From an uncultured Clostridia bacterium (GTDB lineage: Bacteria > Bacillota > Clostridia > Christensenellales > UBA1242), in assembly GCA_944377465.1 (NCBI GenBank), contig CALWFA010000001.1:3994-67993 (forward strand): a DNA stretch of 64,000 nucleotides. Reading direction: 5' to 3'. The translations under genes and the position numbers were made by a program. Within the stretch, counting starts at the first letter, position 1, and each line of letters begins with the position of its first letter. Positions 29,701 through 37,557 of this stretch are shown piece after piece. Below the pieces are notes generated by a model. That model saw nothing but the letters and a program-made list of their open reading frames with translations, was not told where the DNA came from and searched no databases.

Positions 29701-29945
29701 TCTTCGTCATAACGCACTAATGCAGTCACAGCGTCTCCGCCTGCATTGTAATCATATGTCGTTTTACGGTGCTGTTTGATCACACGATAGCCTAGGTCAT
29801 CTAGTGTAATGATATCTCCCGTATTGACATATATCTCTTTAGTACTGAAATTAATAGCCTCGTCATTTCGTAAGAAATAATATGTAGTAAGTCCAACACA
29901 TACTACTACGACGATTGCCACAAGAAAGATTAAAAATTTCTTCAT
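26748..29945 (-). CDS. Membrane-anchored GLUG-motif repeat protein (1,065 aa)
   Basis: N-terminal TM segment FLIFLVAIVVVVCVGLTTYYFL. Entry motif ...FTGSFDGNGFTISGLNL....NAGLFS is present. There are many NVGGLAG, NVGGFAG, LGGIAG and VGGxxAxNNGxI repeats. Confidence 0.85.
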   Translation of the reverse strand: MKKFLIFLVAIVVVVCVGLTTYYFLRNDEAINFSTKEIYVNTGDIITLDDLGYRVIKQHRKTTYDYNAGGDAVTALVRYDEDQGYYVVNGTTGGEVDIVINTSNENYTNFKIHVYIGDGTSEYPYYIENMFDIQKIGDMYSLDSSYQLRSNITLSSSFLPIGYNYTSNQYAGFTGSFDGNGFTISGLNLTGNEYSNAGLFSSLIGASVQDLTISQASVNGTYDNAGILAGRIDDGSIVTGVRILDSSVTNAKANSNVGGLAGTITNNSSVSVSGVTNSFITMSSTAVSNSNVGGFAGIVDQSKVQATFADTAISADNGSTGNVAGFTGKFVIGTDVGSIQESYSITTSEYANFAGFIGQISSGTNFNNAQANQLTYLVGNYALTNGNNVVVRTNDLANTEDRNGIRFFERYYDIDNAIYFIVGYNSLDNMVSNSNYVFYAVDRNNLTLWDASAWEFVSGQMPTLKTENVTLSAISAEYMLKNLQETTVTNRDALLDILQTADNGVISDVRLVLASDIDLSGIDWTPYVLVNSIITTEENRMIEISNLTLAKSTDGNIGLFAEMDNSSISNIRFTNVRITASGTYAGTIAGRLVSSSSASASQVNNVQVEFGTGALTSQITTLGGIAGSVENGSQIVASTVAYLSVDTEAVVENAGAIAGRLVDGSIVGNENVTEISNVTLSANNRLGGVVAVNNGTISNINGDVSLVYSENNFDAYVGGVVAENNANISNVDMNVRIDVNRANRSIMVGGATAVNNGNISEVKLSGAGIVVDETEAQNHSIGGISAVNNGTIDRGYNLMISIGTYIAGRNLSVGGITVDNNGTITNSIAGSNIRGNIVSGVTVNMTSADARVDGVLVAGFDPITDAVSERIISGDKYVAGVCYNFTAGEMTNIQTESNLVGEVNSTKTSLVVLIFPQEASISNVTVNSSVDGNGDFYRETWKDYADAYDQDHYNIYARTSASGRMTSVVINTERAGSTGKTLIAGEFRFDIFNISSYANSENQNNVKAVNNTEFDRATTFVGTHTISDRGYWGVTVSYTRDLTFNMNGTWTQDNGISLTFLSSVE

Positions 29946-29976
29946 AATTACCTTCCCCTCTCAATGTGATACAAGT

Positions 29977-30004
29977 ATTATACCCTAAATCTAGAATTTG
30001 TCAA
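29977..30004 (-). promoter_or_regulatory. Promoter of the 1,065-aa gene (TTGACA-16-TATAAT)
   Basis: Minus strand reads ttgaca aattctagatttaggg tataat. SD gaggggaagg lies before the ATG. Confidence 0.6.
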
Positions 30005-30311
30005 TACCCTATTTTATTAAAATTTTAAAATTATAATGCGCGTATCTGTCGACATAATTTAGTTTTCCACAATTTTTACACAATCTATAAAAACTGGATG
30101 GCTGAAAACTTTCATATTCTATACTGAAAATTTATGTAAAAATTTTAATTTTTATAAAATATGTATGCTTTGATGCTAAAAATATAGGTTAAATGACAAA
30201 TTTTTAAATTTTTTATCATTTTATATACCTGCAACTCTTTCTATTCGATAACGAATTTTACCATTTATTATGCCGTATATTTGTTAACATATCTACTAAA
30301 TGATATAAAAC

Positions 30312-30343
30312 AATATATAAAAAGAGTGCCATTACTGCACTCT
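30312..30343 (-). terminator. Intrinsic terminator overlapping the stop of the 363-aa gene
   Basis: Minus strand reads agagtgc-agtaatg-gcactct followed by ttttatat. The stop codon lies in the loop. Confidence 0.6.
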
Positions 30344-31423
30344 ATTTTTTACTGTCTCATCTCTTTTAGACATGGTCAGTCTCGCTAGCTCCATTACCAC
30401 ACTCGTTGGGATATCTTCTGCTGGAGCTTTCACTGCTTTTGGTCCGCGTTTTATTATTCTATGTGCGAGTTTGTCCACAAGATAACCATCATCTGCCACT
30501 GATTCCATATAGTCTGCCAGTGTCCAATCTATTTTGACTGACTCTTTAGCATCTACGATTACACCCAGCTTTAGCAATCTGTCGATAAGTTTCACAATGG
30601 ACTGACCGTCTAGATTTGGTACATTGGATAAAAATCTCTCGATCCATTCAATGTCATTGGTCGGTATTATCGCCTGTGCGAGTTCATCTAATGGCACATC
30701 ATCTAATAGTGCGACCCTGTATATTGCACTCGGATCTCCGATATCAATGATCCTTTTTATCGCCTCGTCTTTTGGAGTAAAACTAAATCTTTCTAATGTA
30801 TCACATATTGCTTTTGCGTCTTGAGAAGCGAGTATTTTTATCATTAGGTATTTCATAATGAGAGTTTTTAGCGAATCATCTATAGTGTCATTATCTATGA
30901 CAGTCTCCAGCATTTCCATGTCAATGTGAGCATCGCCGACTATTGTAGAGCGGGCTTTTATAATCTCCTCAATGTCTTCACCTGTAATATCCCTTTGACT
31001 AAGGTACTCTAGCACAAAATTTCCAACGAAAGCATCATTTTCTCTATGATATTGTGTAAATTCTCTATTTTTTATGCTCTGCTCTGACGAAAGGCTTTGG
31101 AGCAACTGTCTACTCTTATTCGTGATACTATCCTCATCCAGCACTAATGAAGATAATATCTGATCTTTTAACTTTGATGAGAGTCTTTTCACTCGCATAT
31201 GTAAGGTATTTAGCTCGTACGCGTCGCAGTCTGTATCTATCGAGATATTTACGATCCCCCACCTAATCGCTCCTGATATATCATATACCACTTTTTCAAA
31301 ATCTTCGGTCGATGAATACGACTCAACTTCCTCTAAGCATGAATTAATAATATCTATCTCATTCTTTTCAAAATGCGACCACATTTTGTCTGCCATCAAT
31401 CTACTCACCATACTACTCGTCAT
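30332..31423 (-). CDS. Hypothetical acidic helical protein (363 aa)
   Basis: Has its own promoter and SD agtgaggga. I recognise no motif. It is divergent from recD2. Confidence 0.75.
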   Translation of the reverse strand: MTSSMVSRLMADKMWSHFEKNEIDIINSCLEEVESYSSTEDFEKVVYDISGAIRWGIVNISIDTDCDAYELNTLHMRVKRLSSKLKDQILSSLVLDEDSITNKSRQLLQSLSSEQSIKNREFTQYHRENDAFVGNFVLEYLSQRDITGEDIEEIIKARSTIVGDAHIDMEMLETVIDNDTIDDSLKTLIMKYLMIKILASQDAKAICDTLERFSFTPKDEAIKRIIDIGDPSAIYRVALLDDVPLDELAQAIIPTNDIEWIERFLSNVPNLDGQSIVKLIDRLLKLGVIVDAKESVKIDWTLADYMESVADDGYLVDKLAHRIIKRGPKAVKAPAEDIPTSVVMELARLTMSKRDETVKNRVQ

Positions 31424-31444
31424 TTATTTCCCTCACTTTTTTTG

Positions 31445-31473
31445 AGTATATTGCACTTTTACATCCTTGTCAA
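31445..31473 (-). promoter_or_regulatory. Promoter of the 363-aa gene (TTGACA-17-TATACT)
   Basis: Minus strand reads ttgaca aggatgtaaaagtgcaa tatact. Confidence 0.55.
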
Positions 31474-31492
31474 TAGCAAATTTTAAAATCGT

Positions 31493-31521
31493 TTGCGTTA
31501 ATTTTTGGTTTGTAGTATTAT
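31493..31521 (+). promoter_or_regulatory. recD2 promoter (TTGCGT-17-TATTAT); -10 is 6 nt from the ATG
   Basis: ttgcgt taatttttggtttgtag tattat gagtat ATG. No SD is present. Confidence 0.45.
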
Positions 31522-31527
31522 GAGTAT

Positions 31528-33744
31528 ATGAAAATTACTGGCACGGTGGAGAATATAGTATTCAGAAATGCAGACAACGGATATTCTGTCGTCAATCTTT
31601 CTTGCGACAAGAAGCGAGTGACTGCAGTCGGGAATTTTCCCGAACTATATGAAGGGCAGACAGTCGAGCTCACTGGTGACTATGTAGTAAATAAGAAATT
31701 TGGTGAGCAATTTAAGGCTGATGAGATCTCTATCGTCGAGCCCACGAGCCTAAGCGCTATAGAAAAATATCTAAGTAGCGGGCTGATATATGGGATAGGT
31801 CCTGTCACTGCAAAAAAGATCGTAGACGAGTTCGGCACTGATACGCTCGCCGTACTAGAGTTCAATCCTATCAAGCTCAGTAAAATCCGTGGTATCAGCA
31901 AGCAAAAGGCAATAGAGATCTCGAATAATTATAATGACATGAAAGAGATGCAAAATGTGATAATGTTTCTGCAATCTCATTATATCAGCACTAATCTCGC
32001 GATAAAGATATACAATGTCTACAAAAAAAAGACTATCGAAATCGTCAAAAATAATCCTTATCAGCTGATCGAAGATATTGACGGTGTAGGATTCGCCACC
32101 GCAGACAAGATCGCACTAAAATTAGGTATAGATATGTTTGGTGAAAATCGTGTAAAGGCGGGGCTAATCTACACCTTAAAGACATATAGCGAGCGCGAAG
32201 GACACACCTATCTAAAGCGAGATGATCTAGTAAATAACTGCATTGAAATATTAAATTTTTCTGAAAATGAAAAAAATATTGTGCAAAATTGCATAGATTA
32301 CCTGCAGATCGAAGGAATGGTGAAAAATTTTAATCATCATGGCGAGGATATCACTGTGCTGACTAAATTTTATTATCAAGAAAAATATATCGCTCGAAAA
32401 CTATATAAATTATCCTACAATCAATTCGAAGAGCGTATGAATTTTATAGACAATATTAATCATTATCAACGGCTACACCACATAGTGCTAAATGGAGAGC
32501 AGACTGATGCCGTACTTGCAAGCCTTACAAAAGGCGTGTCTATCATCACTGGTGGACCAGGTACGGGTAAAACGACCATTGTGCGATGTATACTTGAGAT
32601 GTTTAGACAGCAAAATTATAAAGTCCTATTATGTGCGCCGACAGGCAGAGCAGCAAAACGACTATCTGAAAGTAGCGGAATGGAAGCAAAAACTATACAC
32701 CGCGCCCTAGAGATGAATGGCGGTGACGGAGAAGGAATATTCCATAAAAATGAAGAAAATCCTATCGAAGCCGATGTGATAATCATCGATGAGATGAGCA
32801 TGGTAGATGTAGCGCTATTCTATCATTTGCTGAAAGCTGTCCGCTCGACCACACGAGTCATTATGGTAGGAGATAAAGATCAGCTACCTAGTGTGGGTGC
32901 AGGCAATGTCTTGCGCGACCTGATCGAGAGCAAAAAACTGCATACCACTGAGCTGATCAACATATATAGACAAGGAAATGATAGTCTGATCATCACCAAT
33001 GCTCACTTGATAAATAGCGGGAAAATGCCAATCATTGACAACACGAGCAAAGACTTTTTCTATGAGCAAGGCAAGGATCTGATATCCAATAGTGAGACTA
33101 TAGTAGATTTAGTCTCCACTCGCCTACCTAGATATTTTGGGTACAAGCCGGAGGATATACAAGTGCTCGCGCCTATGAAGGCGGGTCCTTGCGGTATTGA
33201 CAATCTAAATCGTCGTCTCCAAATGACTATAAATACACACTATTCCGGTATTGAATTGGAGAGCGAGTTTTCAAAATTTCATGTAGGAGACAAAGTGATG
33301 CAGATGGTCAATAACTATGATCAATCATATGTGAAATATGAAGAGAACGGCATGACTCAAGAAGGCAGTGGTGTATTCAATGGAGATATTGGATATATTA
33401 CCCGAATAGAGCCTGACACACACGAAGTGACCATACGGTTTGACGACGGAAAGATATGCAAATATGCTCGCACTGACCTATATCAGATCAGTCTTGCTTA
33501 CGCCATCACTATACACAAGAGTCAAGGTAGTGAATTTGACTGTGTCGTAATACCGCTCGTGCCAGGTGCTCCAATCATCATCACGAGAAATTTACTTTAC
33601 ACCGCTATCACGCGTGCGAAAAAGACGGTCGTGCTTGTAGGTAGCAAGCAAATACTTGCGCGCATGATTCACAATAATTATACTGCGAAGCGATACACAC
33701 TACTTAAAGATTTCATAGCAGAAGAATACAAGCAAGACAGTTAG
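31528..33744 (+). CDS. recD2: SF1B ATP-dependent RecD-like DNA helicase (RecD2)
   Basis: 738 aa. It has an N-terminal OB/HhH region, Walker A GGPGTGKTT, DEMSMVD, VGDKDQLPSVGAGNV and a C-terminal TIHKSQGSEF. Confidence 0.92.
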   Translation: MKITGTVENIVFRNADNGYSVVNLSCDKKRVTAVGNFPELYEGQTVELTGDYVVNKKFGEQFKADEISIVEPTSLSAIEKYLSSGLIYGIGPVTAKKIVDEFGTDTLAVLEFNPIKLSKIRGISKQKAIEISNNYNDMKEMQNVIMFLQSHYISTNLAIKIYNVYKKKTIEIVKNNPYQLIEDIDGVGFATADKIALKLGIDMFGENRVKAGLIYTLKTYSEREGHTYLKRDDLVNNCIEILNFSENEKNIVQNCIDYLQIEGMVKNFNHHGEDITVLTKFYYQEKYIARKLYKLSYNQFEERMNFIDNINHYQRLHHIVLNGEQTDAVLASLTKGVSIITGGPGTGKTTIVRCILEMFRQQNYKVLLCAPTGRAAKRLSESSGMEAKTIHRALEMNGGDGEGIFHKNEENPIEADVIIIDEMSMVDVALFYHLLKAVRSTTRVIMVGDKDQLPSVGAGNVLRDLIESKKLHTTELINIYRQGNDSLIITNAHLINSGKMPIIDNTSKDFFYEQGKDLISNSETIVDLVSTRLPRYFGYKPEDIQVLAPMKAGPCGIDNLNRRLQMTINTHYSGIELESEFSKFHVGDKVMQMVNNYDQSYVKYEENGMTQEGSGVFNGDIGYITRIEPDTHEVTIRFDDGKICKYARTDLYQISLAYAITIHKSQGSEFDCVVIPLVPGAPIIITRNLLYTAITRAKKTVVLVGSKQILARMIHNNYTAKRYTLLKDFIAEEYKQDS

Positions 33745-34212
33745 TCTCGCTTGTATTTTTTGTAGCAATTTTTATATAAAATTTTTAAACACATCAATAA
33801 AATATATTAAATAACTTATTTCTTTATTAATTTATCTATATTATTAAATTATTTTAAGTATTTTATAAAACTAAATTTAAAAATAATCTATCAAGTCCTA
33901 TCTTATTATCATCATTATTATTTTATTAAATATAATGATTAATCTTTTGCATTTTTTTGACTTAATTTAAGTAAAAGAAATAATAATTATCTCATTATTT
34001 TAAATAAGTATATATTATTTATTGATAATATAATTAATAAAATTAATATAGCATAATTAATAAAATAAATTTTAAAATAATTTATATCTTAGCTAAACAT
34101 ATTCCTTTTTTAATAGTTACTTATAAGATTTTAATAAAATTTTTTAAATATGATACTATTCAAATATTGATATTAAATATTGCTATATTATTTTATATGT
34201 TTTGAACCGTCA

Positions 34213-35001
34213 TTATTTATCTTTTTTATTTTCCACTTCTTCGCTCTGTCCATCGCCCTGACCGTGTGCGAGCGTAAACACGACTACATCGCGTGCACCA
34301 GCATCTTTGATGACACGCGCTATTTCACTAGTCGTCGCACCTGTAGTGTAGACATCATCTACGATCATTATTGTCTTATCCTTGATAGTCTTTTTATATT
34401 CGCCCTTTATCTTATAAGCACCTTTCACATTTGCTTTTCTTTCTGCGAAACCAAGACTAGCTTGACGAGAGTTGTCCACAATCTTTACACATAAATCTAA
34501 ATATTTGATATTGAATTTCGTCCCTAAGGCGCGTGCTAGAAGTTCACTTTGATTGAATCCACGCTCTTTTAATCTATTTTCGTGCAACGGTACGGCAGTG
34601 ATAAAGTCTACCGACAGATCAGAAGTCGCAAAATAATCGGTCATGAAGCCTGCTAAAGGTTCAGACAAATATTTCAAATAATTGTATTTATATTTATGAA
34701 TTACTTTTACGATATCATCAGTATACACAAAGACGCTTCTCGCGATGCTAAAATCGAAATTATTAGTTTTGCAATTTAGACATACACCGTCGTTGTTTTC
34801 ATTTCGCTCTCCGCCACAACGCGGACAGGGACTTTTAATAAACGGGAGCTTTGATAGACAGTCTACACATGTGTCATTGTGAGAATTCTCATCTAGCTCT
34901 TCATTACAAAAAATACACTTTATATGTCTAGGATAAAGCCAATCTAATATTCCTTCTTTTATCATTTCCCATTTTATCTTTTTCATAAGTAGTGAACGCA
35001 T
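34213..35001 (-). CDS. comF: ComF family protein (Zn-finger plus PRTase-like domain)
   Basis: 262 aa. N-terminal CxxC pairs and PRTase motif IMIVDDVYTTGAT are present. The start is uncertain (alternative MKKIKW, 5 codons downstream). No clear SD. Confidence 0.85.
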   Translation of the reverse strand: MRSLLMKKIKWEMIKEGILDWLYPRHIKCIFCNEELDENSHNDTCVDCLSKLPFIKSPCPRCGGERNENNDGVCLNCKTNNFDFSIARSVFVYTDDIVKVIHKYKYNYLKYLSEPLAGFMTDYFATSDLSVDFITAVPLHENRLKERGFNQSELLARALGTKFNIKYLDLCVKIVDNSRQASLGFAERKANVKGAYKIKGEYKKTIKDKTIMIVDDVYTTGATTSEIARVIKDAGARDVVVFTLAHGQGDGQSEEVENKKDK

Positions 35002-35169
35002 TAAAATTTTATTATTTTTATTATTTATAATGAAATTTTATATTAATTACATGAAAATATATGAATCTTTAATTTTTTATAGTAATTTAAGTATATATTG
35101 CTAAATAATTTTATATTTTTATTCTGATTTATTAATTAAAATGATATTTAAAATTAATTATAAATATAA

Positions 35170-35493
35170 TTAATCAGCAATATAATAAAAAGTATTTTTG
35201 ACCTGAGGTAATTTAGCATAGCGATATAAAATATCAAAATAATTATCCACATTCAGATTGATATTCAATTTCGTACTCATCGCAGGATTATATATTAATC
35301 GCTCTACAAATTCAGCAAAGAAATACGGCATTTCTCTAGACTTTTTATTTTTAATACTCGCGAGCGGGAAATCTATATAGCCATACTCTTTTAAAAATTT
35401 TGATCTATCAGGCAAAGAGACATATTCATACTTATCTCCGTCATAGGTTAATTCTCCTATTTTTAGATCCTTATAACACAGTTTAACTTTCAT
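35170..35493 (-). CDS. HipA N-terminal-subdomain-like small protein (HipS-like)
   Basis: 107 aa. KVKLCYKDLKIGELTYDGDKYEYV and MPYFFAEFVE resemble the HipA N-terminal (Couple_hipA) pattern. It overlaps the upstream kinase gene by 11 nt and has SD gaggtga. Confidence 0.6.
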   Translation of the reverse strand: MKVKLCYKDLKIGELTYDGDKYEYVSLPDRSKFLKEYGYIDFPLASIKNKKSREMPYFFAEFVERLIYNPAMSTKLNINLNVDNYFDILYRYAKLPQVKNTFYYIAD

Positions 35494-37048
35494 ATCTCAC
35501 CTCTCTAAGACCAGAAGTCTTATCTATCTCTAGACCCATTCTCTGCAATCTTTCTATATCTTCATATTTTAATTTATTGTTCGTAAATGAGTTTATGAAT
35601 CTAATATATTGCTTTAACAATCTCTTTATCTGCCGATATTCCTGCTTTGACTCAGCTGAAGCATGTGCTATATCAAAATTAGCGCACCATTCGCGTAGCG
35701 CTTTAAATACCGAATACTCCTGGCATATCCTAAAAAAGCCATATTCACGCGTTCTCCATAGTTCTTCTTTCGGCAGTTCTACATACCTCTTCTCCAGCCC
35801 ATCAAACAATAGCACCTGAATATCGTCATATAAATTATGATTAATAGGTCGGCGCTCTAGCATATTCTGCAGTATCTTAGCATAATAAGTGCGCCTTTTA
35901 TTTGCCAGCTCTTCTTTTGCGGACTGGACCTCAGGATCGTCCATATTCGACGCCAGCTCTAGACACTCGTCGTACCATTTCCATGCAGTTATTTCGCCAT
36001 GTTTTTCTTTATAAAAATTGGTGTAGCTATGGCTATACGAATCTTCTCCATAATACTCTGCCAAGGTTATCGCAAAATGATATTCATAATCTGCCGACTC
36101 TGGCATGTGTCTCTTAATAACCGCATAGACCACTTCTAGCGGGATAAAAGTCTCCACGACTTTTCGCATCTGACACTGCTTGATTTTATACTGGACCGCG
36201 CTCTTTATCCTATCTTTGATCGTGAGGTAGTGTTCCTTAATATAAATCTTATCCAATCCGTAGATTTCGTTGAATTCATGTATCAAGGCGTCAAAATTCT
36301 CATCACTAAAATTAGTAGAAAACCAATCTAGCATATCATGAAATTCTCCATTCAATAATTTTTGCTCTTCTACTCCATATACATGTGAATTATTTGGACT
36401 GAACTTAAAAAATTTATCAGTAGAACGCATGAATGCATTGCCGTTGTCATAGAGAGGCGCTAGATCTAAGTAGTTCATCCCACGCTCTTGTTTTATTTGA
36501 AAGGCAATATTCCTACCATGCCTATCTCTCTGCGAGGTCAAATAATCAAAACAGGAAATTTTATTTAGCTTTTGTCTTAGTTTCTCGGAATCTAGTGAGA
36601 CATTCGTAAAGCGATCTATGCGCGCCTCTAATCGCTCTATGATATCCATGACCGATGTGGACCAGCCCGAGTAATCGATCTCTCCGCCAAATTCACTATA
36701 TGCGACATGTTCGCCAAAATCTGGAGAGATTACACCCAAAGCTTGGACGCTATGGTCTATCAATAACTTTGCATCAATGCAGTCGATCCCGAGCTTCTTT
36801 GCTATAAAGGAGGTAAACAATTCAGTAAAAAATTCATGTTTTTCCCCACCGAGTGCAGGATATTTCACAAAATATTTATTTCCTTCTATCTCTATATATT
36901 TACTTGCCGTTCTACCGATATTTGTACTATAACTTGAATTTTTGGTGTCAAAGATTTCGATCACGCCGGGAAACCCTTTCATCGAATCGAAATCTAATAG
37001 TTTATAAAGAGTGTCCACCTTGTCCTTAAAATTTGATAAATCTGACAT
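35483..37048 (-). CDS. HipA_C-like Ser/Thr kinase (HipT-like) with ~280-aa C-terminal extension
   Basis: 521 aa. LTSQRDRHGRNIAF (D-x-H-x-x-N catalytic-loop type) is followed 26 aa later by LAPLYD, as in HipA-family kinases. Confidence 0.7.
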   Translation of the reverse strand: MSDLSNFKDKVDTLYKLLDFDSMKGFPGVIEIFDTKNSSYSTNIGRTASKYIEIEGNKYFVKYPALGGEKHEFFTELFTSFIAKKLGIDCIDAKLLIDHSVQALGVISPDFGEHVAYSEFGGEIDYSGWSTSVMDIIERLEARIDRFTNVSLDSEKLRQKLNKISCFDYLTSQRDRHGRNIAFQIKQERGMNYLDLAPLYDNGNAFMRSTDKFFKFSPNNSHVYGVEEQKLLNGEFHDMLDWFSTNFSDENFDALIHEFNEIYGLDKIYIKEHYLTIKDRIKSAVQYKIKQCQMRKVVETFIPLEVVYAVIKRHMPESADYEYHFAITLAEYYGEDSYSHSYTNFYKEKHGEITAWKWYDECLELASNMDDPEVQSAKEELANKRRTYYAKILQNMLERRPINHNLYDDIQVLLFDGLEKRYVELPKEELWRTREYGFFRICQEYSVFKALREWCANFDIAHASAESKQEYRQIKRLLKQYIRFINSFTNNKLKYEDIERLQRMGLEIDKTSGLREVRYES

Positions 37049-37054
37049 ATTTCC

Positions 37055-37083
37055 ATTTTAATATAATTGGTGCGGTTTGTCAA
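37055..37083 (-). promoter_or_regulatory. Promoter of the HipA-like kinase gene (TTGACA-17-TAAAAT); -10 is 6 nt from the ATG
   Basis: Minus strand reads ttgaca aaccgcaccaattatat taaaat ggaaat ATG. No SD is present. Confidence 0.5.
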
Positions 37084-37117
37084 ATGCACAGTTTGATTAA
37101 ATCCTAAGCGTAATTAT

Positions 37118-37142
37118 AAAAAAATGCCACGGATAGTGGCAT
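37118..37142 (-). terminator. Intrinsic terminator after rplL
   Basis: Minus strand reads atgccac-tatcc-gtggcat followed by ttttttt. Confidence 0.8.
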
Positions 37143-37158
37143 TTTGTAGCATAAAGAA

Positions 37159-37530
37159 TTATTTAAGTTCAACAGTAGCACCGGCAGCCTTAAGAGCTTC
37201 TTCAAGAGCCTTAGCATCAGCTGTAGGAACATTTTCCTTCACTGTAGAAGGAGCGCTCTCTACAAGGTTCTTAGCTTCCATCAAGCCAAGACCAGTAGCC
37301 TCACGCACAGCCTTGATGACAGCGATCTTATTAGCGCCTACTTCCTTCAATACTACATTGAATTCAGTCTTTTCTTCTGCAGGGGCAGCAGCCTCACCAG
37401 CTACAGCTGGACCAGCCACTACAGCAGCAGCTGCACTTACGCCAAATTCTTCTTCTAATGCTTTTACCAACTCGTTTAATTCAACGGCGGTCATCTTTTT
37501 GATTTCTTCAACGAATTCTTGTTTAGTCAT
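37159..37530 (-). CDS. rplL: 50S ribosomal protein bL12 (L7/L12)
   Basis: 123 aa with an Ala-rich hinge. C-terminus [19 protein letters not shown]... Confidence 0.96.
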   Translation of the reverse strand: MTKQEFVEEIKKMTAVELNELVKALEEEFGVSAAAAVVAGPAVAGEAAAPAEEKTEFNVVLKEVGANKIAVIKAVREATGLGLMEAKNLVESAPSTVKENVPTADAKALEEALKAAGATVELK

Positions 37531-37557
37531 AACTTTCTCCTTTTAATATTTTAAGTC

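Noticed and set aside
34180-34494. 104-aa plus-strand ORF
   Set aside because: It is antisense to the conserved PRTase domain of comF.
35243-35251. Perfect DnaA-box-like TTATCCACA
   Set aside because: It is a single copy inside the HipS-like coding sequence, with no cluster and no adjacent AT-rich unwinding element. It is compatible with chance.
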